This document shows, one piece after another, positions 43,500 to 52,551 of a stretch of 64,000 nucleotides of DNA (the stretch's first letter is position 1; every line of letters begins with the position of its first letter). The stretch covers positions 7,234-71,233 of the forward strand of contig JAUCQC010000125.1 of NCBI GenBank assembly GCA_030372965.1. Direction: 5' to 3'. This DNA comes from a bacterium. Lineage in GTDB: Bacteria; Zhuqueibacterota; QNDG01; DTFT01. A program made the position numbers and the translations under genes. The notes under the pieces are model-generated. The model saw nothing but the letters and a program-made list of their open reading frames with translations, was not told the DNA's origin and searched no databases.

Positions 43500-44495
43500 T
43501 CAGCCGCCCTCATCCAGCAGATTACGCAGGAGACGGGCCCGGTTCACCGGAACCACCCCCACTTCGCCGCAAACATCCCCCGCGGCGTGATTGGCGATGA
43601 CCGCCGCTTCTTCGAATCCCGCGCCCGCGGCCATGGCCACGGCCATGGTCGCGATCACCGTGTCCCCCGCGCCGGAAACGTCGTGAACCGCCTTGGCGCG
43701 CGTCGGCACCTTCCGGAATTCCCCGCCGTTTTGCTGAAGGACCATGCCGTCTTCGCCCAGTGTGATGAGCGCGCCCCCGCAGTCCAGCCGTTCGATCAGA
43801 AGCGCCAGCGCCCTGCGGAGCGAATCCTCGGATTTCAGGTCGAATCCAAGCTGTTCCGAGGCTTCCTTGCGGTTGGGCTTGAAGAGCGTGACGCCGCGAT
43901 ATTCGAAAAAATGGTCGGATTTCGGATCCACAAAAACGGGTTTTCCCGCGGCGGCGGCCATTCGTACGATGCGGCCGATCAGCCCGGGTGACAGCAGGCC
44001 CTTGTTGTAGTCCTCCAGGATGACGGCGTCCAGACAGCCCATTTTCGATTCGATGAAAGCCGCGATCCGGGTCTCGATTTCCCCGGAGATCGGAGTCCGC
44101 GTCTCCCGGTCCGTGCGCACCACGTGCTGGTGATGGGCCAGGATGCGCGTTTTCATCGTGGTGGGGCGCTCCGGATCGGTGATGAGCCCGTCGGCGGGGA
44201 AGCCGAGATCCTCGAACAGACGCTTGACCGCCAGTCCTTCCGGATCCGGGCCGACCAGTCCGACGGGGATCACGCCCGCGCCGAGAGCGCTCACATTATG
44301 GGTCACGTTGGCCGCGCCCCCGAGCATGAAGGATTCCCGTTCGATTTCCACGACCGGAACCGGCGCTTCCGGGGAAATCCTTGAAACACGGCCCCAGACG
44401 TACCGGTCCAGCATCACGTCCCCGACCACGAGAACAGTCCGGGACGCGAATCCGTCGAACAGGTCCTTCAGGCGGGGGGGCGGAATCCGCATCAT
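43500..44495 (-). CDS. D-glycero-beta-D-manno-heptose-7-phosphate kinase (HldE domain I / RfaE1-like, PfkB family)
   Basis: VLVVGDVMLDRYVWG and the C-terminal AGDT motif are present. ATG 44495 overlaps the CutA stop (ATGA). The ORF-track N-terminal 65 aa is run-on. Confidence 0.75.
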   Translation of the reverse strand: MMRIPPPRLKDLFDGFASRTVLVVGDVMLDRYVWGRVSRISPEAPVPVVEIERESFMLGGAANVTHNVSALGAGVIPVGLVGPDPEGLAVKRLFEDLGFPADGLITDPERPTTMKTRILAHHQHVVRTDRETRTPISGEIETRIAAFIESKMGCLDAVILEDYNKGLLSPGLIGRIVRMAAAAGKPVFVDPKSDHFFEYRGVTLFKPNRKEASEQLGFDLKSEDSLRRALALLIERLDCGGALITLGEDGMVLQQNGGEFRKVPTRAKAVHDVSGAGDTVIATMAVAMAAGAGFEEAAVIANHAAGDVCGEVGVVPVNRARLLRNLLDEGG

Positions 44496-44842
44496 GGATT
44501 CTCCGTTCCAGATCCGTCCCGCCGCGTGGCGGCCCGGATCCATTCGAGGTAGGTTTCGTCCCCGTCCTGCACCGGCAGCATGATCACTTCGGGCAGTTCG
44601 TAGGCATGCAGGGACCGGATGCGTTCGCGGATCGCGGCGAACAGGTCCCGTCGGCTTTTGATGATCAGAAGGGCCTCGCGCTCGTCGCACAGAACGCCTT
44701 TCCAGACGTACAGGGAGCGGGCCGAGGGAATGACGTTTGCGCAGGCGGCAAGCCCTTCGGAAACCAGCGCGCGTCCAATGCGGACCGCGTCCGCTTCGGA
44801 ACCGGCCGCGGTGAGAATGACAGCCGCGTCGCTCACATCCAT
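44492..44842 (-). CDS. cutA: Divalent-cation tolerance protein CutA
   Basis: ALVSEGLAACANVIPSARSLYVWKG...ELPEVIMLPV is colinear with CutA. Confidence 0.8.
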   Translation of the reverse strand: MDVSDAAVILTAAGSEADAVRIGRALVSEGLAACANVIPSARSLYVWKGVLCDEREALLIIKSRRDLFAAIRERIRSLHAYELPEVIMLPVQDGDETYLEWIRAATRRDGSGTENP

Positions 44843-45816
44843 CCGGCCTCCCGGTACCAGCGGACGGTCCGGTCCACGGCTTCCTTCAGAGGCACGGAGG
44901 GCTGGAAGCCGAACTCACGCCGCGCGGCCGAAGCGTCGCAGCGCCAGAAACGGTTCCGGTATTCGGGGTATTTGCCCAGGTTGAGAATCCCCATGCGGCC
45001 CCGGAGTCTGCCGGCGGCCTCGTGAAACAGGAGCAGGCCGACCAGGAACGGTTTCGGCACCGGCACGCGGAAGGCTCTCCTTCCCAGGCTCCGCCCGATG
45101 CACCGGCCGAACTCGGTCCAGGAGAAGGCGCCTTCGGTCGCGAGAAAATAGGTGCGGCCGGCGGCCGCTTCGGAATCCGCGGCCGCGATCAATCCGGCCG
45201 CGAGATCCTCGACATACACAAAACCCGCCCAGGAATCCTTTCCTCCCAGAGCGGGGATGAAACCGAGTCTCACGGACTTGAAAAACCGGAGCACGTCCGT
45301 ATCGCGGGGGCCGAACACCACGGGGGGCCTGATGACGGTCACGGGTATCCGGTCGCGGAACGACTGGGTGATCCGCTCCCCTTCCAGCTTGCTCTCGCCG
45401 TACCAGGTCACGGGACGGGGCGGATCCTCCTCGGTCAGCGGCCTGTCCCCGGGATCCGGCCCGGCCGCGGCGATGGAGGAAACATAGATGAACCGGCGGA
45501 CGCGGTTTCCCGACCGGGCGGCCGCGCGGAGCAGATTGGCTGTCCCCTCAGCGTTCGCGGCCATGAAAGCCTCCCGGCTCGAGGCTTTGGTGCATCCGGC
45601 GAGGTGAAAGATCCAGTCGACACCCGTCACTGCGGTTTCAAGCGAAGCCGGATCCCTCAGGTCGCCTTCGTGAAACTCCACGTCCAGGCCGCTGAGCCAA
45701 GTCCGGTCGCTCGATCGGCGGATCAGACAGCGAACGGCGAATCCATTCCGAAGCAGGGCTTCGACCATGTGACTGCCGATGAAACCGTTTGAGCCGGTGA
45801 CCAGGACTTTCTTCAA
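44833..45816 (-). CDS. NAD-dependent epimerase/dehydratase family SDR (CerR-like candidate)
   Basis: The probable TTG start at 45816 gives MKKVLVTGSNGFIGSH after a GGAG RBS. The ORF-track start at 45852 is also TTG. The YxxxK catalytic region is present. Confidence 0.75.
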   Translation of the reverse strand: MKKVLVTGSNGFIGSHMVEALLRNGFAVRCLIRRSSDRTWLSGLDVEFHEGDLRDPASLETAVTGVDWIFHLAGCTKASSREAFMAANAEGTANLLRAAARSGNRVRRFIYVSSIAAAGPDPGDRPLTEEDPPRPVTWYGESKLEGERITQSFRDRIPVTVIRPPVVFGPRDTDVLRFFKSVRLGFIPALGGKDSWAGFVYVEDLAAGLIAAADSEAAAGRTYFLATEGAFSWTEFGRCIGRSLGRRAFRVPVPKPFLVGLLLFHEAAGRLRGRMGILNLGKYPEYRNRFWRCDASAARREFGFQPSVPLKEAVDRTVRWYREAGWM

Positions 45817-45892
45817 ACCCGTTCTCCGCGGAACTGTCTGAACAGTATACAAAATTGCCCGGCTTTTCGCAAGTCCAATCCCAATTTAAGGG

Positions 45893-45921
45893 TTGACAAT
45901 GCCTGAATTCTTGATTATTTT
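45893..45921 (+). promoter_or_regulatory. Consensus sigma70 promoter (TTGACA-17-TATTTT) of the alpha-oxoamine synthase operon
   Basis: TTGACA at 45893-45898 and TATTTT at 45916-45921. The AAGGAG RBS and GTG 45964 follow. Confidence 0.5.
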
Positions 45922-45963
45922 AAGCATTCACAAATATTTCCAGCCCAGCCCAAGGAGTATCGC

Positions 45964-47148
45964 GTGGATTTATTCGAAAAATGCAGGAATTTCACCCGCG
46001 CCAGGGATGCCATGGCCGCAGGCCTTTATCCCTATTTCCGCGCGATTCAATCCGGTCCAGGTTCCGAGGTGATGATCGACGGAAAAATGATGATCATGGT
46101 CGGATCCAACAATTACCTGGGCCTCACCGGGCACCCCAAGGTTGTCGAAGCGGCCGTTGCGGCCACGAAAAAATACGGATCCGGGTGCACGGGATCCCGG
46201 TTCCTGAACGGCACCCTGGACATCCACATCGAACTCGAGGAACGGCTGGCCCGGTTCATGAAACGGGAGGCGGCGGTCTGTTTCAGCACCGGTTTTCAGA
46301 CCAACCAGGGGGCCCTCTCGACGCTGGTCGGCAAGGACGACCTGGTGTTCACCGACCGCACCGACCACGCGTCCATCGTGGACGGATGCCGTCTCGCGTT
46401 CGGGAAGACGGTCAAATACAGGCACAACGACATGCACGATCTGGAACGCGTCCTGCGCTCCCACGCCGGAACGGACAAGGGCAAGCTGATCGCGACGGAC
46501 GGGGTGTTCAGCATGGAAGGCGACATCGTCAACCTGCCCAGGCTGGCGGACCTGGCGAAGCAGTACGGCGCGCGCGTGTACATCGACGACGCCCACTCCA
46601 TCGGCGTGCTGGGGAAACACGGCCGGGGGACCGGCGAACACTGGGGCATGGAAGACGCCATTGACGTCAGCATGGGCACGTTCAGCAAGTCTTTCGCGTC
46701 CCTCGGCGGCTTCCTGGCCGGCGACGAAACGACCATTCACTACATCAAGCACCACGCCCGGGCCCTGATTTTCTCCGCCAGCATGCCGCCGGCGGCCGTG
46801 GCCACCGTTCTGGCCTGCCTCGATGTGATCGAATCGGAGCCGGAACGTCTCGAACAGCTATGGAAAAACACGCGCAAGATGCTCGCGGGCTACAAGAGCC
46901 TCGGTTTCGAGACGGGCCCCAGCGAAACGCCCATCATCCCCATCATCGTCGGGGATGACGAACGCTGTTTCATGTTCTGGAAACTGCTGTTCGAGAACGG
47001 GGTCTTCGCGAATCCCACCGTGAGTCCGGCCGTGCCCCCGGGCCAGGCGCTGATCCGCACCAGTTACATGGCCACGCACACCGATTCGGAACTCGACCGC
47101 GTGCTGGAAATTTTCGCCAAGCTGGGAAAGCAGTTCGGGATCATCTGA
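45964..47148 (+). CDS. Alpha-oxoamine synthase family PLP enzyme (8-amino-7-oxononanoate synthase / serine palmitoyltransferase-like)
   Basis: SNNYLGLTGHP, the PLP-Lys GTFSKSF and overall similarity to the BioF/KBL/Spt fold are present. The start is GTG. Confidence 0.85.
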   Translation: MDLFEKCRNFTRARDAMAAGLYPYFRAIQSGPGSEVMIDGKMMIMVGSNNYLGLTGHPKVVEAAVAATKKYGSGCTGSRFLNGTLDIHIELEERLARFMKREAAVCFSTGFQTNQGALSTLVGKDDLVFTDRTDHASIVDGCRLAFGKTVKYRHNDMHDLERVLRSHAGTDKGKLIATDGVFSMEGDIVNLPRLADLAKQYGARVYIDDAHSIGVLGKHGRGTGEHWGMEDAIDVSMGTFSKSFASLGGFLAGDETTIHYIKHHARALIFSASMPPAAVATVLACLDVIESEPERLEQLWKNTRKMLAGYKSLGFETGPSETPIIPIIVGDDERCFMFWKLLFENGVFANPTVSPAVPPGQALIRTSYMATHTDSELDRVLEIFAKLGKQFGII

Positions 47149-47222
47149 CCCGTTCTCCGGCCGGATTCCGCGGCCGGATCTTATCCCCTTCCGGCGTGAT
47201 ATGCGTCATTCGGAGGATTCCC

Positions 47223-48347
47223 ATGCCGTCCGGATCCCTCACCATCCTGACTGTTACGAACCGGAAGGAATGGAACGCGTTCCTGAGGTTTCCCTACCGC
47301 TTCTACCGGAACGATCCGAACTGGGTGCCCCCGCTCATCCGGGACCAGAAGGTGCTTCTCGACCCCCTGAAACATCCGTTCTACCGCCACGCGGACTCCA
47401 GGTTCTTCCTCGCGATCCGTGACGGCCGGCCCGCCGGTCGGATCGCCGCGCTGGTCGATCACGCGCACAACGAGTTCCACGCGGATCGCGTCGGATTCTT
47501 CGGTTTTTTCGAGTCCGAGGAGGACGAAGCCGTGTCCGCCGGACTGCTCGGCGCCGCGCGTTCGTGGCTGAAGGAAAAGGGCCGGAACGTGATGCGCGGT
47601 CCGGTGAATCCGTCGCAGAACGAGGACTGCGGCTGCCTGATCGACGCCTTTGACTCTCCGCCCGTGATCATGATGACCTATAATCCCCCCTATTACCCCG
47701 GCCTGTATGAGCGCTTCGGCCTCCGGAAGGCGATGGATCTCTATGCCTATATCGCGGACACCTCCGGCGGTATACCGGACAAGCTGGTGCGCGTGGCGGA
47801 AACCGTGCGGAAAAAAGAGGGCATCACCATTCGCACGGCCGACATGAAACGGTTCGACGAGGAAGTCGACAGGATCAAGCGCGTCTACAACAAGGCCTGG
47901 AGCCGGAACTGGGGATTCGTGCCGATGACGGACGCGGAATTCGACCACCTGGCCAAAAACCTGAAAGCGGCCGTCGTTCCGGACCTCTGCCTGATCGCGG
48001 AAATCGCCGGCGAACCGGTCGGTTTCGCGCTTTCCATACCGGACATGAACCAGGCGCTGATCCGCCTCAAAGGGCGTCTTTTCCCGACCGGTTTATTGAA
48101 GCTGTTGTGGTACGCCCGAAAAATCGACACGATCCGTATCGTCACGCTCGGCGTGGTGCACGCGCATCAGCAGAAAGGCATCGACGCGGTGCTCTATCTG
48201 GACACCTGGAGAAACGCGATGAAAAAAGGATACCACCGGGGGGAGATGTCGTGGATTCTGGAGACCAACACCATGATGAACCGTTCGGCGAAGATGCTGG
48301 GCGGAAAAGTGTACAAGACGTACCGGATGTATCAGATGGACATCTGA
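47223..48347 (+). CDS. BioF2-like / FemAB-like GNAT N-acyltransferase (Acetyltransf_6-type), bCerS-like candidate
   Basis: It is about 375 aa with a C-terminal MSWILETNTMMN acyl-CoA N-acyltransferase fold. ATG 47223 has GGAGG 7 nt upstream. Confidence 0.65.
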   Translation: MPSGSLTILTVTNRKEWNAFLRFPYRFYRNDPNWVPPLIRDQKVLLDPLKHPFYRHADSRFFLAIRDGRPAGRIAALVDHAHNEFHADRVGFFGFFESEEDEAVSAGLLGAARSWLKEKGRNVMRGPVNPSQNEDCGCLIDAFDSPPVIMMTYNPPYYPGLYERFGLRKAMDLYAYIADTSGGIPDKLVRVAETVRKKEGITIRTADMKRFDEEVDRIKRVYNKAWSRNWGFVPMTDAEFDHLAKNLKAAVVPDLCLIAEIAGEPVGFALSIPDMNQALIRLKGRLFPTGLLKLLWYARKIDTIRIVTLGVVHAHQQKGIDAVLYLDTWRNAMKKGYHRGEMSWILETNTMMNRSAKMLGGKVYKTYRMYQMDI

Positions 48348-48408
48348 AGCCGGTCACGGCGCGGGTTTCCGCTGACGGCCCGCGAACCGGCGGCATTCGA
48401 AACGCCTT

Positions 48409-48831
48409 ATGAGAACCCGATTCCCCGCACTCTGCCTGCTCCTTGCCTTGCTTTCCGCATCGCTTCTCTCGTGCGCGCCGCCTCCTCCGGAAGACAGGTC
48501 CGTCCGGCAGAACCGGAACGTTCAATACGGCAAGGCGTCGCATTACGGCACCGGCGACGGGTTCCACGGAAATAAAACGGCCAGCGGGGAGGTCTTCGAC
48601 CGGAACCAGCTGACCGCGGCGCACCGCACTCTTCCGTTCGGCACCCTGTGCCGCGTGACGAATCTCTCCAACGGCCGCTCCGTCGTGGTCCGCATCAACG
48701 ACCGCGGCCCGTTTGTGAAGGGCCGCATCATCGACCTCTCCTGGGCCGCTGCGAAACGCATCGGTTCTGACCGGGCGGGCGTGGTGGACGTGAAGGTGGA
48801 GGTGCTGAAGCGGGGCGGGGGGACGGAATAG
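48409..48831 (+). CDS. rlpA: RlpA-family (DPBB domain) lipoprotein, septal lytic transglycosylase-like
   Basis: A lipobox LLSC and ASHYGTGDGFHGNKTASGEVFD...TLPFGT are present. Confidence 0.8.
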   Translation: MRTRFPALCLLLALLSASLLSCAPPPPEDRSVRQNRNVQYGKASHYGTGDGFHGNKTASGEVFDRNQLTAAHRTLPFGTLCRVTNLSNGRSVVVRINDRGPFVKGRIIDLSWAAAKRIGSDRAGVVDVKVEVLKRGGGTE

Positions 48832-49036
48832 GGGGAAAGCTTCCGGCGAACGACTTTTCAAATGAGGACCGATCCATTCTCGATTGACGATGGAACAGAA
48901 AGAATGGGTCATTCCCGAAGAACCCGTCCATTTGAAGAGAACGACGAGGCCTTCAGTGATCCTCAACCGTCAAAGACCCATCATCAATCGAAAATAATTT
49001 CGGAACCGGCGAATTTCTCCTGAGGTCAAGCGCGCG

Positions 49037-51307
49037 TCAGGATCCCATCCCCCACTCCAGAAGCCGCAGGGCGCTTTCCTTCCCCTTCTCCCCCACTTCG
49101 AGCGTAGGCCCCACGCAGGACGGACAGCCGGACGCGCAATGGCAGGACCGGATCAAGTCCCGCGCCGCGGACAGGATGAGGCCGTGGTTCTGGTACAGCT
49201 TTCTGCCGTATCCCACGCCTCCCGGGATGTGTTCATAGATATACACCGTGGGCTTGTCCGCGAAAGGCGACCGCCGCATCGGTAACGTGCGAAGATCGTT
49301 GGGGTCGGTCATCACCCAGATCGGCGCCACGTTGGCGAGCAGGTTCGCCACCGCCTTGAGGCCGTCCCCCAGGCTGGATTCGGTCAGCTTCAGCGCTTCC
49401 AGCACGCGCTCGTCCAGCTCCCACCAGTAGGCCGTGGTGTGCATGGTCATCTCGGGCAGGTGAATGCGCCCCGATCCCACGTTCTCGTGCGTGCCGAACT
49501 TGATTTTCTTGTACAGGGTGGCGACGCAGGTCACGCTGACCTCGCCGTGCCCCTTCTTCCCGCCGGGAACCGGGGATTCCTCGAATTCGTCCAAAACCCG
49601 GATGTCCGTCTTGGTCTGAGCGTCCGTGTAGTAGTCGGACCGGACGCGACGCACCATGGCCTGCCGCCTGTCCCAGTCCAGCTTGTCCACGTGGTAGGGC
49701 TCCCCCTCGTGCAGATAGATCGCCTCGTCGTGCACCATGACCGGCGCGCTGAACAGGTCCACCTCACCGATGACGCGCTCTCCGCGGGTCGTGTCGATGA
49801 TGACCACGTTGTCCGGCGCCGCGCTGCGGAGGCTCACCTCCTCGGCCGGGTAGGATTCGCTGGTCCAGTGGTACTGGCCGTCACCGGCCCTGTGGAGCAC
49901 GCCGTGCTCCTCCAGGTACTGGAGCAGCTGCTCCGTGGCATCGGTGCCGAAACGCTCCCCTTCCCGGAAGGGAAGCTCGAACGCGGCGCATTTCAGGTGC
50001 TCGGTGAGAATGATCAGGTTGTCCGGATCCACGATGCCGTTCTCGGACGGGCTGTCGAAGAAATAGTCGTGGTGCCGTATCACGTACTGGTCCAGGGGGG
50101 CGCTCGAGGCGATCAGGACCGAAACGGACACGGATTCCCTGCGGCCGGACCGTCCCGCCTGCTGCCAGGTCGAGGCGATGGTGCCCGGATAACCGGCCAT
50201 GATGGAGGCCGACAGCTGGCCGATGTCGATGCCGAGTTCCAGCGCGTTGGTCGACACGACGCATTGAATCGATCCGTCCCGCAAACCCCGCTCGATCTCG
50301 CGCCTGAGATTCGGCAGGTAGCCGCCGCGGTAGCCCCGGACCTTGTCCGCGGACCGCTTCAGGGACTGAAAGGTCTCCTTCAGGTACGTGAGCAGTATCT
50401 CCACCCGGAGCCGGCTGCGGACAAAAACAATGGTCTGAACGCCCGAGGCGAGGAAGCGTTTCGCGACGGACTGCGCCTCTTTGATCGACGATCTCCGGAT
50501 CCCGAGTTCCGCGTTGACGACCGGCGGGTTGTAGAAAATGAAATGCTTTTCTCCCCGCGGCGCGCCGTTCCGGTCGACGAGGACGGCCTCCTCCTCGATG
50601 AGCTTCTCGAAAAGCTCTTTGGGATTGGCGATGGTGGCCGAACAGCCGATGAAAAGGGGGCGGCTGCCGTAGAACGCGCAGATCCGCTTCAGACGCCGAA
50701 GAACATTGGCGAGGTGGCTGCCGAACCCGCCCCGGTAGAAATGGACCTCGTCGACGACGACGAAACGCAGGTTCTCGAAGAGCTTCACCCAGCCGGTGTG
50801 GTGCGGCAGAATGCCCTGGTGCAGCATGTCCGGATTCGTGACGACGATGTGCCCGGCGGATCGGACGGCCTTGCGCGCCGAGGCCGGCGTGTCGCCGTCG
50901 AAGGTGAACGTCTTGATGTCGGCGCCCGTGGGTTCGATCAGGCCGTGCAGTTCGTCCACCTGGTCCTGAGAGAGGGCCTTCGTCGGGAACAGATAGAGCG
51001 CCCGGCTCTCGGGATCCGCCAGGACGGACTGGAGGACGGGCAGGTTGTAGCAGAGCGTCTTGCCCGAGGCCGTGGGCGTGACGACCACGGTGTGACGCCG
51101 GTCGAGGATGTGACGGATCGCCTCCGCCTGATGCGAGTAGAGGCGGCTGATGCCCCGGCCGCGGAGGGCTTCCGCCAGGCGCGGATCGAGATCCTCCGGG
51201 AAATCCGCGAACACCGCGGCCCGGGCGGGGAGCTTGCGCCAGGCCGTGACATTGGCCATGAATTCCGGGGAGTTGCGGAAGGCGTCGAGGACCTGTTCGA
51301 GTGTCAT
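49037..51307 (-). CDS. YprA/MrfA-like DEAD/DEAH-box helicase with C-terminal DUF1998 (Cys4 metal-binding) domain
   Basis: VTPTASGKT, the DEVH box (VVDEVHFYRG) and the C-terminal CHCASGCPSC cluster are present. ATG 51307 (MTLEQVLDAF) is chosen as the start. Confidence 0.85.
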   Translation of the reverse strand: MTLEQVLDAFRNSPEFMANVTAWRKLPARAAVFADFPEDLDPRLAEALRGRGISRLYSHQAEAIRHILDRRHTVVVTPTASGKTLCYNLPVLQSVLADPESRALYLFPTKALSQDQVDELHGLIEPTGADIKTFTFDGDTPASARKAVRSAGHIVVTNPDMLHQGILPHHTGWVKLFENLRFVVVDEVHFYRGGFGSHLANVLRRLKRICAFYGSRPLFIGCSATIANPKELFEKLIEEEAVLVDRNGAPRGEKHFIFYNPPVVNAELGIRRSSIKEAQSVAKRFLASGVQTIVFVRSRLRVEILLTYLKETFQSLKRSADKVRGYRGGYLPNLRREIERGLRDGSIQCVVSTNALELGIDIGQLSASIMAGYPGTIASTWQQAGRSGRRESVSVSVLIASSAPLDQYVIRHHDYFFDSPSENGIVDPDNLIILTEHLKCAAFELPFREGERFGTDATEQLLQYLEEHGVLHRAGDGQYHWTSESYPAEEVSLRSAAPDNVVIIDTTRGERVIGEVDLFSAPVMVHDEAIYLHEGEPYHVDKLDWDRRQAMVRRVRSDYYTDAQTKTDIRVLDEFEESPVPGGKKGHGEVSVTCVATLYKKIKFGTHENVGSGRIHLPEMTMHTTAYWWELDERVLEALKLTESSLGDGLKAVANLLANVAPIWVMTDPNDLRTLPMRRSPFADKPTVYIYEHIPGGVGYGRKLYQNHGLILSAARDLIRSCHCASGCPSCVGPTLEVGEKGKESALRLLEWGMGS

Positions 51308-51345
51308 GGCAGTGGCGGCGAGGGAATCGATCCGGCGGGACGGGT

Positions 51346-51753
51346 TCAGGCCGGTCCGCTGTTCGGAGTCTCCGGCGCGGGCCGGGAGACCAGGCGGCGT
51401 ATCGTTTCGATGACGATGGCGATGTGGGTGTTCTTCAGGATGAAGGCGTCTGCCCCGCATTTCTTGGCGAGCTTGGCGTCCTCCTCCGTGTCGCGCGAGG
51501 TGAACATCGCGACCGGGATGTCCTTGTAGGCGCGGTTGAACTTGATCATCCGGCACAGCTTGTGGCCGTCCAGATCCGGGAGCATGATGTCTAGGAGCAC
51601 CAGGTCGGGCCGGACCTCGCGGACCTTGTTCAGGCCGGTGAATCCGTTCTCCGCGACCACGGTGCGGAACCCCTCCTTCTCGAGATGCGAGCGGATGTAC
51701 TTGATGCTGGCCGCGCTGTCTTCGATGATCAGAATGGTTTTCGATTCAGACAT
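51346..51753 (-). CDS. Stand-alone response regulator receiver
   Basis: ILIIEDSAASIKYI...LVLLDIMLPDLDG...AMFTS is a canonical REC fold. The start is uncertain (ATG 51753 or TTG 51804). Confidence 0.75.
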   Translation of the reverse strand: MSESKTILIIEDSAASIKYIRSHLEKEGFRTVVAENGFTGLNKVREVRPDLVLLDIMLPDLDGHKLCRMIKFNRAYKDIPVAMFTSRDTEEDAKLAKKCGADAFILKNTHIAIVIETIRRLVSRPAPETPNSGPA

Positions 51754-51790
51754 GGGTGTCGGGACTTCTTCCTTCGGTGATGGGTGACAA

Positions 51791-52549
51791 TCAGGGCCGC
51801 TCAAGCAGACATCGGACGGCCCGCGGCAGATCCGCGAGCGTGCCCGTGAAATCCGGCTCCGCCGGGCCGGATCCCCGGCCGTTCCTCAGCTCTTCGCTCA
51901 GCGACAGCCTGGACGCCTCTTCCGGAGGCCGGATCAGAAAGGTCCGCATGCCGATCTCCGCCACCACCATGTCGTTCACCGGATCGTTTCCCACCATCAG
52001 GCACTCGCCGGGTTCCCATCCGAGCGTGCCGCAGATCTCACGGTAATACGCGATCCGCGGTTTGCAGAAATGGGTGTTCTCGTTGTGGGTGATCCAGTCA
52101 AAGGCGAAACCGTCGAGACCGGCCCATCCGAGCCGGATGTTCTGAACCTGCAGCGGCCAGACGGGATTGCTGGCGATCACGATCCCGAGCGCGCCGTCCC
52201 GCAAATCCGACATCAGTCTGCGGTTTCCCTCGGGCACCTGCACGAGGCCTCGGAGTCCCTGGAAATCACTTTCGTAAAAGCGGAGAAAACGGCCGCCGAG
52301 CTCATCGGCGCGGTCATCGAGGCCGTCCGTAAAATGCTCCATGAAACGCCGCATGTTGGTGCGGCTCCCGTCGTTGTCCAGGAGCGCCTGCACCGAACGG
52401 ACGAGCCTGCGCCGGAACGCGTCCGCGGGCCAGAGATCCGCGAACCAGGGCGCCAGAAGCCGCATGTATTCTTCGAAAAACCGGGACTCGTCGAAATGAA
52501 TCAGCGTGTTGTCCAGATCGAACAGTACGGCTTTCAGTCGCTGCGGCAC
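51791..52549 (-). CDS. HAD superfamily hydrolase
   Basis: Motif I VLFDLDNTL and the distal GND motif are present. The start is GTG. Confidence 0.75.
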   Translation of the reverse strand: MPQRLKAVLFDLDNTLIHFDESRFFEEYMRLLAPWFADLWPADAFRRRLVRSVQALLDNDGSRTNMRRFMEHFTDGLDDRADELGGRFLRFYESDFQGLRGLVQVPEGNRRLMSDLRDGALGIVIASNPVWPLQVQNIRLGWAGLDGFAFDWITHNENTHFCKPRIAYYREICGTLGWEPGECLMVGNDPVNDMVVAEIGMRTFLIRPPEEASRLSLSEELRNGRGSGPAEPDFTGTLADLPRAVRCLLERP

Positions 52550-52551
52550 GG

